From: Candidatus Omnitrophota bacterium
GTDB lineage: Bacteria > Omnitrophota > Gorgyraeia > 2-01-FULL-45-10
Assembly (NCBI GenBank): GCA_023818895.1
Contig: JAMWCX010000002.1
Coordinates: forward strand, 300,001-332,000
Reading direction: 5' to 3'
DNA length: 32,000 nucleotides
The notes under the pieces: model-generated
The model's database searches: none
What the model was told of the DNA's origin: nothing
The model's input: the letters and a program-made list of their open reading frames with translations, nothing else
Shown: positions 15,650 to 24,658 of the stretch, piece by piece
Layout of the letters: each line of letters begins with the position of its first letter
How positions within the stretch are numbered: position 1 is the stretch's first letter
Program-made: the position numbers and the translations under genes

Positions 15650-16868
15650 AGGACTCTCCCATTGTGATCGCTATCCATATGACAAATACTATCATATTTG
15701 CCGTAATATGAAAATTAAAATCAACAAGGCCATGAATGGCCAGGCTTAATACTCCTGTCGCGCAGCCAAACGCATAGGGACCGGCGTCTTTCTTCAAGCC
15801 TGCAGATACTGTCAGTGCAAATATCCAGACCATAAAAACAGGGGCAACCAGTCCCATCTCCGTAGCGGCCTGCAGATAATCATTATGAGCATAAACCACC
15901 CTAACATTAAGACCGGTGGGCCTATAACGATAAAAGCCGCTGTCGAAATTGCTAATCCCGACGCCAAGAAGCGGCCTGGCTTTTATCATCCCCATAGCGC
16001 CTTGCCATATCTTCAGCCGTCCGCCGGAAACGTCTTCGCCCGAACTTACGCCACTTAGAGTCTCAAGGCGAGTTGTCACTACATCCTGTGAAAAATATAA
16101 GAGAGCCAGGACCGCTAGGAGCAGGCATGCGACAACCAGGGACTTTTTAGCAAGGGACATTTCTGATCTAAGCATCGCCATCAGCATTATAGCTATAGAC
16201 GCCCCCAACGATATCCATGCACCTCTAGACTGAGTCAACAATAATGCCGCAGACATAACCACGATGGCCGCAGCAAGGCATAATCCATAAACTATGTCTT
16301 CCGACTTGCGCCGCACCGCAATAGACAATGCTACCGGTATCACAAGTTCAAGATATCCCGCGAAATGATTATGATTCACGTAGGTAGCGGCAAGAAACTG
16401 CGGCGGATACCACCATGACTTGTCGAATACACCGAAATACTGCAATAGCCCGTATAATGAAAGCCCGCTTCCTACGGAAATTGCGACCCATATGACGCGT
16501 TTTCTCATCCTATGGTCGAACTCATTCATGATGACATAATAGAGCCCTATATATGCGAACAGCCTCAAGAGGGCGTAGAAGCTGTCGTGCTTGTAGATAG
16601 AGAATGCAAAGGAAGTTGTGGCCAAAAGAGCGAGTACCGCTATAGGAATATCAAGGGACTGTACCCGCCTCTGTGTCTTCTCCGGGGCGGGGACTGTCCC
16701 TCTGGTATTAACAACTTTGAGCAGCCGCAAGAATATCATCGCATATAGCGCCAGCATGACCGGCGCCATTGACCAGAGTCGCACGGTTCCACGCGCAATT
16801 GGCGAGAAAATGAGGACGGCCGCCAGCATAAACACTAACAAGTTTTTATAAATTTCCGTTGATATCAC
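15633..16868 (-). CDS. O-antigen ligase / Wzy_C-family polytopic membrane protein (polymerase, ligase or O-oligosaccharyltransferase)
   Basis: 411 aa, about 10-12 TM helices. Wzy_C hallmarks: LLLTQSRGAWISLGASIAIML, the large loop ..GGRLKIWQGAMGMIKARPLLGVGISNF.., and AHNDYLQAATEMGLV. GTG start overlaps the upstream stop (GTGA). Confidence 0.8.
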   Translation of the reverse strand: MISTEIYKNLLVFMLAAVLIFSPIARGTVRLWSMAPVMLALYAMIFLRLLKVVNTRGTVPAPEKTQRRVQSLDIPIAVLALLATTSFAFSIYKHDSFYALLRLFAYIGLYYVIMNEFDHRMRKRVIWVAISVGSGLSLYGLLQYFGVFDKSWWYPPQFLAATYVNHNHFAGYLELVIPVALSIAVRRKSEDIVYGLCLAAAIVVMSAALLLTQSRGAWISLGASIAIMLMAMLRSEMSLAKKSLVVACLLLAVLALLYFSQDVVTTRLETLSGVSSGEDVSGGRLKIWQGAMGMIKARPLLGVGISNFDSGFYRYRPTGLNVRVVYAHNDYLQAATEMGLVAPVFMVWIFALTVSAGLKKDAGPYAFGCATGVLSLAIHGLVDFNFHITANMIVFVIWIAITMGESCDQRA

Positions 16869-18112
16869 TTTGTCTCTGCCTCAGTCTTAACCCTAACCTC
16901 TGCCTTCCCCAGCCACAGATTTCTGTCTTCACCGGTGCGCGGATCATACGCGTCATTTACAAAACGTACACCTATTAGTGAAAGCCCTCCTTGTGACCTC
17001 AGCGGAAACTCATAGGTCGCAATCTGCGCCGTTTCAACAAAAGCCTCGCCTATCTCCTGGCCATCGACTTCCACCACCAGGTAGGGCCATATACTCTTAA
17101 AGGGGGAACCTTTGGCTTCTAAGATAAGGAGGCTGTCTCCTGCAGGTACATTCAGAATAGCATATGCAGTGGAGTTAGAGTATAAAACACCATTAGCATA
17201 ACTGATATTCTTGTAGTCTTTAGATATCAAAACCCAGTCGTCGGTTGCAACCACTCCGTTCTTGCGCCTCTGGTATCGCGCCTTGGCGCTTTCTAATATC
17301 TTTTCCCCGTCTTCTGCCAATACTGTCCTGCCTTCAACTCTTTTCCACGCCCCTGCTTCAAAAAACTTCTCTGCTTCAAGAATCTTTGATTTAATATCAG
17401 TAACTACCAAGGTGTCTTCTTTTATTGATCCGGCGATTTCTTTTCTGTACTGCCACAGATTATCAGCAGCTATAAATCTATACAGCTCGGTTGTATTTTG
17501 CCGCGCATCGGCTGTTATCTTTTTGAGCAAGTTAATATCCTTTGAAGCCCTCCAGACGGCGTCATAAACTTTCTGGGCCTGGTCCGGGCTTGTTTTCATA
17601 ATATAGGCAAGCCTTTCTGTCACGAAATTCCTCTCTTTGTCGTCTAGAGATTTCCAGAAGTTCATGCCCGTATAACCGATGGCGTAAGCTATGCTGTAAC
17701 CGTTTGGATCATGCAGGTATGCCTCATGAAGGTCTTTGAACGCTTCCTTAACAGACCTTCCGGCCTCGAGCCTGGCAAGGCCCCGTTTCAGGTAATATTC
17801 GGCATTCTCAGGATCAAGCGCAATAGCTTTATCGTAGAGCCCGATCGCCTTATTTAAAACATCTGTTTTATCGTAGAGATACCTGGCGGATTTTCGTAGA
17901 AATTCCGCATACCCACTTACATATTTCGAACTAAAGGGATTGAGTCTTATGGCTCCAACAAACCGGGAGGGAGCCTCTGACCACCTGTATTGTCCGGCAA
18001 GCTTCTCGGCTAAATTAAAGTTCAATTCTGCCAGAAGAGACACAATAAGGATAGCGGCGATTAAAAAAAATGCTATAAACAATATTAAATTAAAAATCCA
18101 TTTTAACGACAC
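16865..18112 (-). CDS. Membrane-anchored protein: TPR region + C-terminal beta-sandwich, carbohydrate-binding-module-like domain
   Basis: 415 aa. N-terminal TM (IFNLILFIAFFLIAAILIVSLL). TPRs (AIGLYDKAIALDPENAEYYLKRGLARLEAG..). The C-terminal ~130 aa end in ..WPYLVVEVDGQEIGEAFV..IGVRFVNDAYDPRTGEDRNLWLGKAEVRV. This resembles the F-x-N-D..D-R-N-L signature I associate with CBM-type domains (recognition only). Confidence 0.45.
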   Translation of the reverse strand: MSLKWIFNLILFIAFFLIAAILIVSLLAELNFNLAEKLAGQYRWSEAPSRFVGAIRLNPFSSKYVSGYAEFLRKSARYLYDKTDVLNKAIGLYDKAIALDPENAEYYLKRGLARLEAGRSVKEAFKDLHEAYLHDPNGYSIAYAIGYTGMNFWKSLDDKERNFVTERLAYIMKTSPDQAQKVYDAVWRASKDINLLKKITADARQNTTELYRFIAADNLWQYRKEIAGSIKEDTLVVTDIKSKILEAEKFFEAGAWKRVEGRTVLAEDGEKILESAKARYQRRKNGVVATDDWVLISKDYKNISYANGVLYSNSTAYAILNVPAGDSLLILEAKGSPFKSIWPYLVVEVDGQEIGEAFVETAQIATYEFPLRSQGGLSLIGVRFVNDAYDPRTGEDRNLWLGKAEVRVKTEAETK

Positions 18113-18120
18113 TTTTAATC

Positions 18121-19236
18121 TTACTTTCCCGATACCTTTTTATAAACCAATCTTGTTTGATCCGCTATAATATCCCAGTTATATTTCTCGGCGACCATCT
18201 CAATTTGCCTTTTCTTCTCCTCATCGCTCAAGGGTTTTAATGAAAACTCCCTTATCTTTTGAGCAAGCTCCTTAATATCGCCGGTTTTAAAATACCTATA
18301 TCTCGGCAAACCCACTGCCAAGTTGGCCGGAATATCCGACACGATGCAGGATAGCCCATAGCTCATGGCTTCAAGCAATGCTATAGAAAGCGCCTCGTAA
18401 TACGAAGGGAGGACAAAGATACCTGCGTTGCTATATAGTTCTTCTAAAGACGCACCGCTCAAGACACCTGTAAAGATGATATCGTTTCCCGTTTTTCTTT
18501 TAAGAGAGGTCGTGTAGCTATCCTGGTGTGTGGCATCACCCACTATAGCCAGCTTCCAATCCGCAAGTCCTGCCATCTTAAAGGCATCGATAAGGTCATG
18601 GAAACCTTTTTCGGGGACAAAACGGCCCACTGCCATAATATACCTATTTTTTTCCAATCCATATTTGGATATGGTATCTTTACTTTTTGAAATTTCTGGT
18701 ATATTAACACCGTTCGGGATAAATACCACATCCCGACGGTATTTCGTAGCAATGTCATCGGCCAACTGTTGGGAAACGCATATAACGGCATTTGAATACC
18801 TGCTTCCCAGGTATTCGCCAAACCGCAAAACCGCTTTGGCGACCCGGCCCCATTTTTTTCGCTTATAATCCGGCCCGTGATTCGTCATGACGACCTTCAT
18901 ACCTAACATCTTGGCAAGCGGAACAAAAAGCGATGGCCCAATCGCATGTATGTGTAATATGTCAGGGGACAGTTTTCGGGCAACTAAAACACCGATAAAG
19001 GTATGAAAGAAAGCTTCGAGAAATTTATTTCTTATACATGGCAAAATAATCAGTTTCACACCATCATATTCTCTCGTCGACTTATCGACATAGGATCGAC
19101 GCGCAAATACCGTTACATCACATCCTCTTTTGACGAGCAGAGGATAAAGGTTCTGGCTATGGACTTCCGGTCCACCCTGCACGGCGGGAAAGCCTCGTAT
19201 ACCCAATACCGCTATCTTCACATTCTCCAACGTCAA
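18121..19236 (-). CDS. GT-B glycosyltransferase, family 4 (DUF1972-type N-terminus)
   Basis: 371 aa. N-terminus KIAVLGIRGFPAVQGGPEVHSQNLYPLLVKRGCDVTVFARRSY. C-terminal GT1 motif FVLPSYYEALSIALLEAMSYGLSCIVSDIP. TTG start overlaps the upstream stop (TTGA). Confidence 0.85.
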   Translation of the reverse strand: MTLENVKIAVLGIRGFPAVQGGPEVHSQNLYPLLVKRGCDVTVFARRSYVDKSTREYDGVKLIILPCIRNKFLEAFFHTFIGVLVARKLSPDILHIHAIGPSLFVPLAKMLGMKVVMTNHGPDYKRKKWGRVAKAVLRFGEYLGSRYSNAVICVSQQLADDIATKYRRDVVFIPNGVNIPEISKSKDTISKYGLEKNRYIMAVGRFVPEKGFHDLIDAFKMAGLADWKLAIVGDATHQDSYTTSLKRKTGNDIIFTGVLSGASLEELYSNAGIFVLPSYYEALSIALLEAMSYGLSCIVSDIPANLAVGLPRYRYFKTGDIKELAQKIREFSLKPLSDEEKKRQIEMVAEKYNWDIIADQTRLVYKKVSGK

Positions 19237-20219
19237 TATCGCTGCCTTTTTTTAAAAAATTTATTCTCCAAAACCCAAAGAATCGGTTTTAGCGGATGGT
19301 CCCAGATGGCGGGAGCCGCGCTTCCTATCATCCAGCAGTTCTTCTTGCATTTTTGCACCATCTGTCGAATTTCTCTGGCCTTTCCGCCGCTCCATATCTC
19401 CTGCCAGGTCTGCTCCCTTAGATTTCCTATAGGCTGTTTTTCATCCATTCCATTACAGACAAGCACATCGCCCCAAGGATCTATGAAAAAACCGTTCTTG
19501 CCCATCTCGCATGGCAATAATCGCGGGTTACCGTTGATGTAATTTATGAGTCCGTAATTGAAGTAGGCCCTGAACCAGTCCTTCGGCCTTTTTGATCTCA
19601 GCAGAAGTTCGATCAATTTTTTGAATTCACCGCAAACCTTTTCCTTATCCTGGATCTTATTATCCCATTTGTGGAAATAGTGCGAGTTGTGAAGGGTAGC
19701 CGTGGCAAACTCATACCCCAGCGCCTCGGCCAGGCGGTATAATGAAATTAGGTCTTCACAGTTGATATCCTGCACCGTTGTGCTAAAACCGATATCCTTA
19801 AGTCCCATGGCACGCAACTCAAGAAGAGTCCTCAAGCCCCTATCAAATCCGTCGGGAATTCCGCGTATGGCGTCATTGGCTTTCGGAAGGCCCTCGATGC
19901 TTATCCGTAGTCCGATATCAGGAAATCGCCTGCACAATGATATAACCCTTTCGGTAAAATAGCCGTTTGTTATTACCACAAGTCTTCTTGTTTTCCTCCT
20001 TACAACTTCCACCAACTCCGGCAGGTCTTCCCTCACAAACGGCTCTCCACCGGTTATATTGGCAAAGAACATGCGCGGAAGCTTTTCCAGCGTCTCCACC
20101 CCGATTTCTTCGGACGCCTTGCTGGGATTGGCCCAGACATTACACATATTGCAGCGTGCGTTGCATCTGTATGTCACTATTATCGCGCCATGTAATTTCG
20201 CAGACATATGCCGCCTCAT
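19233..20219 (-). CDS. Radical SAM enzyme with C-terminal Cys-rich (SPASM/twitch-like) extension
   Basis: 328 aa. CxxxCxxC cluster in VTYRCNARCNMCNVW and GGEP motif (ITGGEPF). C-terminal cysteines: LLPCEMGKNGFFIDPWGDVLVCNG .. QKCKKNCWM. The start may instead be Met5 (20207), which has GAGG upstream. Confidence 0.8.
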   Translation of the reverse strand: MRRHMSAKLHGAIIVTYRCNARCNMCNVWANPSKASEEIGVETLEKLPRMFFANITGGEPFVREDLPELVEVVRRKTRRLVVITNGYFTERVISLCRRFPDIGLRISIEGLPKANDAIRGIPDGFDRGLRTLLELRAMGLKDIGFSTTVQDINCEDLISLYRLAEALGYEFATATLHNSHYFHKWDNKIQDKEKVCGEFKKLIELLLRSKRPKDWFRAYFNYGLINYINGNPRLLPCEMGKNGFFIDPWGDVLVCNGMDEKQPIGNLREQTWQEIWSGGKAREIRQMVQKCKKNCWMIGSAAPAIWDHPLKPILWVLENKFFKKRQRY

Positions 20220-20238
20220 TTTATAATACTATATTTCT

Positions 20239-21462
20239 TTATTTTTTAAGCGCCTCTTCGTATATCGCCATTAACCCTTCGTAGTGCTTCTCGCCATTGA
20301 ATTCATCTTCCACCATCTTCCTTGCGTTTTTGCCCATTTCTATGACTTTTTCCGGGCTTTTCGCAAGATATCGTATCTTAGAAGCCAGGTCATAGGCATT
20401 ACCGGGCTCGAACGTAATGCCAGTTTGACCGTCTTTGACCAATTCCGGAATGCCTCCTATGCGTGAACCTACCACAGGCTTACCGAAGGCAAAACTCTCC
20501 ATCACAGACATCGGAAAATTCTCGTAACATTCTGAGGCAATCACTGTAAAAATTGAGTTTTTTATTTCTCTTTTCAGATCCTCTCCTTTTTTATATCCCA
20601 AAAATTCGACGTTTGACGCCTTCTGGCTGTTCGCTTTTGATATGAGGGCGTCTTTGAGCGGCCCGTCACCGATTATCTTTAGCCTGGCTTCCTCAACATA
20701 TTTGAACGCATCTATAAGAGTAAATAATCCCTTCTCGCGAGATAGCCTGCCGAAATATACTACCGAACGGCTTTCAGATCCGTATACGGGTTCAAACTTC
20801 TCAACCATCAACGGATAAGGCAAGCGCGCAATCTTCCCTCTAAACCCCATCTCTTCGAGCTTATTTTTCATGAATTCGCTCGGTGAGATAAATACGCTGA
20901 TAGGGTCATAGATATGCAATATGTTATGGTGTAGATACATTTCAAGAGTGTTTATAAGGCTTTTGAGGTAGCTGTCTTTGGTGCATTTATTAATGAAACA
21001 TTGATAAAATCTCCCACCTTTGCATCTTTCGCAGGGTTTGCCGCCGGCAAGCATGGAATAGGAAGGGCATACCATTTTATAATCATGCATAGTCATAACA
21101 GCGGCTATGCCGCGCCTTTTAATAACGTTGAGGATAGAGGGAGATATCTGATGGGCGAAATTATTAAGATGGATTAGGTCCGGCCTATTGGAGGCGACAA
21201 GCTTTTCGAACTTCTTTTCAGCCTCAAACGAATAAAATACATTAAGCGCTAGCTCGATTTTCCGAAAAATACCGGCGCTTTCATTAAAATCAATATTTTC
21301 CACGAAGTATCTCTGATACTCGTATGGCGGATTAAGCGGATGGTTCATGCCCCAAAATATTACCTCATGACCTTTCTTCTTTAACAACTCCCCTGTGGCA
21401 AGGGTTGCGGTTGCATCCCCGCCTTTAGCATATAGGAATTTGTTTATAAGAAGGATTTTCAT
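20239..21462 (-). CDS. GT-B glycosyltransferase, family 4, with Cys-cluster insertion
   Basis: 407 aa. N-terminus MKILLINKFLYAKGGDATATL. Cys cluster: CPSYSMLAGGKPCERCKGGRFYQCFINKC. C-terminal motif ASECYENFPMSVMESFAFGKPVVGSRIGGIPELVKDGQTGITFEPGN. Confidence 0.88.
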   Translation of the reverse strand: MKILLINKFLYAKGGDATATLATGELLKKKGHEVIFWGMNHPLNPPYEYQRYFVENIDFNESAGIFRKIELALNVFYSFEAEKKFEKLVASNRPDLIHLNNFAHQISPSILNVIKRRGIAAVMTMHDYKMVCPSYSMLAGGKPCERCKGGRFYQCFINKCTKDSYLKSLINTLEMYLHHNILHIYDPISVFISPSEFMKNKLEEMGFRGKIARLPYPLMVEKFEPVYGSESRSVVYFGRLSREKGLFTLIDAFKYVEEARLKIIGDGPLKDALISKANSQKASNVEFLGYKKGEDLKREIKNSIFTVIASECYENFPMSVMESFAFGKPVVGSRIGGIPELVKDGQTGITFEPGNAYDLASKIRYLAKSPEKVIEMGKNARKMVEDEFNGEKHYEGLMAIYEEALKK

Positions 21463-22109
21463 TTTTTCTCCGCCACGACAAAAAGGGATTCAGAGATACC
21501 TAATAATAATGGCCGTATGGACCTGATGCTGAAGCCCAGCGACTTGAATTCATCACGTATCTGACCGAAGGTTACCGGGTACCACATGACTTGGCGCAAG
21601 TTGCGGTCTCTTCTCCGCAATATATTCTGCAGCGAATTCTTATGATAGTATACAAAAATAGCCATCTCCTTTGATACCCTCATAAGTTCCGCTATTATCC
21701 TGCGGCGTGCGTCGGGTGGCGTGTGCCCCAAAAGTCTCAGGCATACGGCCGCGTCAAAGCTGCCATCCTCGATATTCAATGATTCCGCATTGCCGGAAAT
21801 AAAATTGATCTCGCTGCCATATCCCGCGTTCTCTATTTTCTCTGACGCTTCGTCCATCATCGCCTGCGATACATCAGCCCCTGTCACCTTATAGCCTTTT
21901 TTTGCAAGATAAAGGCTAAGCCTGCCGGTACCGCAAGGTATATCCAATATCCGGGCACCCTTCCCTATTCCATTACCTGAGAGTAGCTTATAAATTAAGC
22001 TCTTTTCAGCCATATCGACGAGCCGGCCTTTGATCGAAAGAAACCTGCCCCTATCATAACTTCTGGCAACATTCTTTTCCTGGTATGCGGTCTTGGCTTT
22101 GTAATTCAT
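21459..22109 (-). CDS. Class I SAM-dependent methyltransferase
   Basis: 216 aa. Motif I ILDIPCGTGRLSLYLAKKGYKVTGADVS. Post-I/II motifs GNAESLNIEDGSFDAAVCLRLLGH. ATGA overlap with the upstream GT. Confidence 0.88.
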   Translation of the reverse strand: MNYKAKTAYQEKNVARSYDRGRFLSIKGRLVDMAEKSLIYKLLSGNGIGKGARILDIPCGTGRLSLYLAKKGYKVTGADVSQAMMDEASEKIENAGYGSEINFISGNAESLNIEDGSFDAAVCLRLLGHTPPDARRRIIAELMRVSKEMAIFVYYHKNSLQNILRRRDRNLRQVMWYPVTFGQIRDEFKSLGFSIRSIRPLLLGISESLFVVAEKK

Positions 22110-22112
22110 ATC

Positions 22113-23318
22113 TTACCCATTTTTTGAAAACAGTTCCAGATACCGTCTTGCTATATCCTGCATATTATAATCTTCCCTGATCTTCCTGATGCAGTTTTCT
22201 TTAAAAGAATCGTGCGCGTATGCGATGGCAAACATCTTATCCACAAGATTATGCTCATCCACAATATAACCTGTCTTTCCGTCTTCGATTATTTCGCCTG
22301 AGCCCGGAACGTCTGTAGTAATGATGGGGACCCCGATGGACATGAATTCGATCCAAGTAAGCGGTGGCGCGATTATGCAGTTTTTATTAAGGATCGGTGA
22401 AAGAAATACATCGGATGCCTGTTTAAGGGTATCAAAGAAATCCTTAGCTGTAGGCCTTACATATATGCCGGCAGCTGGCTCATCAAAAGCCCGGAAAGAG
22501 CTTTCGAACGTTTCCGGTTTAAAAGCAAAATATATCGTCGCCTTTAAGCCTTTTGCTAAAGCTCGCCTGGCGCAGTCCAGCAAAAACAGGAAATCCTGCC
22601 TCTGAACCTGTTGTATATAGCCTGCCCAGACAAACAGGGGCCGATCCGCCGGCAGGCCTGCCTTTTCTTTAGAAGACGCTTTATCCCCTACGGTACCTAT
22701 GCGTTCAGGCGACACGCCCCACGGAATATGCTTTACGCTGCGATCATTCAAACCGAATTTTACAAGCCAGTCCGCAAAAGCGCGCGAATAGGCTACAATG
22801 GACGCTCCGGATAGGTCATATGAAAGCTTAAGATAAGGATGATAAAGGAAAGGGTTCCTACCCTGGTGCGCGATCGCTGAAACCGACATACCGGCACCAA
22901 GCTTATTGATCGTTTTTAATAAACCTCTGTTTGACGGGCCAAAATTATCCATGAGGTGCACGTGCGAAAACGGCTCTTCCGCATAAAGTGAACCAAGCTT
23001 TTTCATTATCCTATGCGCGCTGATTGTCTTTTCGACTATTCCCCACAGAAGCGGGAAGGCGCCCTCCCGCCAGAATATGCGCCGGCGGTAATGGACGTCA
23101 GGAGTTTCCACAAGCTGAGGGAGTATATAGTCGATCGTTACGCGGCACTTCCCAACGAAAAGCTCTTCTCTTTCAAGATGATGTTTGCGCACGGATATGA
23201 TGGAGACCCTGTCCAGGCCGGAAGCGATCAGCCTTATCGCGTCACTCCAGAAGTTCTTATCGCCGCTGCTTTTTTCCGGCTGATAATTCAATCCAGCAAA
23301 GACGACATGTCTACACAT
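22113..23318 (-). CDS. GT-B glycosyltransferase (family 1/4-like)
   Basis: I trimmed the track ORF (22113..23435) to Met40 (MCRHVVFAGLNY..). The longer form would overlap the upstream gene by 125 nt, whereas Met40 gives an 8-nt overlap with GGAGAG upstream. C-terminal motif: EFMSIGVPIITTDVPGSGEIIEDGKTGYIVD. Confidence 0.78.
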   Translation of the reverse strand: MCRHVVFAGLNYQPEKSSGDKNFWSDAIRLIASGLDRVSIISVRKHHLEREELFVGKCRVTIDYILPQLVETPDVHYRRRIFWREGAFPLLWGIVEKTISAHRIMKKLGSLYAEEPFSHVHLMDNFGPSNRGLLKTINKLGAGMSVSAIAHQGRNPFLYHPYLKLSYDLSGASIVAYSRAFADWLVKFGLNDRSVKHIPWGVSPERIGTVGDKASSKEKAGLPADRPLFVWAGYIQQVQRQDFLFLLDCARRALAKGLKATIYFAFKPETFESSFRAFDEPAAGIYVRPTAKDFFDTLKQASDVFLSPILNKNCIIAPPLTWIEFMSIGVPIITTDVPGSGEIIEDGKTGYIVDEHNLVDKMFAIAYAHDSFKENCIRKIREDYNMQDIARRYLELFSKNG

Positions 23319-24615
23319 AGTTATTGCCGCTCTCCTTAAGCACTCTGCTATAAACAGCCGCCAAGAGAAAATAGAACGTATAGCTTGAAGAATCATACCT
23401 CCACACGAGGTCATAGACCGGCCCCAGAATAGCATAATAGGCCCACATCCCTATTAGCGCTGTTGATATGACAGATAGATACGCATCCCTGAGCAGCACA
23501 TTGGCTTTCCTTATCATCATTATGAGATTCAATTGTATGAAATAATAAAGGCCCAATCCTACTAGACCAACGTCAGTTAAAATAGCCGCCAACTGGCTTA
23601 CGGCCGGCACCTTTATCGCAGAATACATGACCCCTTTCTGCATGACGCCGCCGAAGAAGGAGCTTCCTGGCCCTAAACCCAGCATTATCCTGTATGGATC
23701 TCCCTTTATTGCATTCCACACATAAACTAAAGCGCCTATTCTCGATTGGCGGCTCAGCTCATAATCTGATATTTGAGAGGACGCCAGCCCGAATATTCTC
23801 AGGACCTTATTGAGATATAAGGCTAGCAGATTACCGCTGACCCTGTATACCCTGCCCCACGACATGATTACAAAATACAACAAAATTAGCAAAAGGATTG
23901 CGATGCAAATATGGATGAATACTTTTTTTCGACCCTCATCGCGCTTGAACGCGAAGTAACTGATAAGCAGAATGATCACCGGTGCCGTAAAAATAAACGC
24001 TTTTATTTCTCCGAAAAGCGCTATTATAAAAAAAGCGGCTATCGGAAGCAGATAAAACCATCTGAACTTCTTTATTAACACAAACGAAACTATGAGGGAT
24101 GTCGCATAAGACATATATATACCGAGATCAAGGGTCCCCCACGGCCCTAACGACCATGAGATATTATCCCATCCTATGCCGAGTATTAAATATCTGTAAA
24201 AGCACTCAGGTATCTGTATTATCAAAAGAAATAAAAAGAGTGTTATGAACTTTTTCATAGTACTTTCACATATGTCCATATTTACAAAAGCCATAAATAA
24301 CACCGGATATCTTATATAGACCATAAGATTACCGAGGAATTCATACAGTCCTGTCTCATTGGCAACAGCGGATACCATGGACCAGATGATAAACAACCCC
24401 AGAGGCACGGCTATGCAGGTCATCCTGAAAGGCTTGCCCTCTGCAGAGGTCCTCAGGAATTGGAGAAAGAAAACAACCGGTATGATGACAAAGCTGATCC
24501 ATCTCAAAAAGATGTAATTTTCCAGGACACCGCTTGGCGCGGTCTGGCGGGGTATGTACCACAAGATCGGCAGCAGTATTATTGATACCTTTTCCAGAAA
24601 ACCTGCTTTCGCCAT
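23311..24615 (-). CDS. Polytopic membrane protein, probable Wzy-type repeat-unit polymerase
   Basis: 434 aa, about 11-12 TM helices. Large loop with SRQSRIGALVYVWNAIKGDPYRIMLGLGPGSSF, a degenerate Wzy_C-like R..W..P..G.G.G motif. It lies between the flippase and the GTs. Confidence 0.6.
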   Translation of the reverse strand: MAKAGFLEKVSIILLPILWYIPRQTAPSGVLENYIFLRWISFVIIPVVFFLQFLRTSAEGKPFRMTCIAVPLGLFIIWSMVSAVANETGLYEFLGNLMVYIRYPVLFMAFVNMDICESTMKKFITLFLFLLIIQIPECFYRYLILGIGWDNISWSLGPWGTLDLGIYMSYATSLIVSFVLIKKFRWFYLLPIAAFFIIALFGEIKAFIFTAPVIILLISYFAFKRDEGRKKVFIHICIAILLLILLYFVIMSWGRVYRVSGNLLALYLNKVLRIFGLASSQISDYELSRQSRIGALVYVWNAIKGDPYRIMLGLGPGSSFFGGVMQKGVMYSAIKVPAVSQLAAILTDVGLVGLGLYYFIQLNLIMMIRKANVLLRDAYLSVISTALIGMWAYYAILGPVYDLVWRYDSSSYTFYFLLAAVYSRVLKESGNNYV

Positions 24616-24658
24616 AGGTTGGAGCTCACCCTTTCAGGCAAGGCACCTTTACCTGTGA

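Noticed and set aside
22081-24600. Apparent 1-nt register shifts between my hand translation of the printed sequence and the ORF track (around 22080/22320 and from 23281 onward). These could have suggested frameshifts in the methyltransferase, GT or Wzy-like genes.
   Set aside because: The ORF-track translations are continuous, full-length and carry intact family motifs, and the flanking ORFs agree with the print. I attribute the discrepancy to my manual reading or to line formatting, not to biology.
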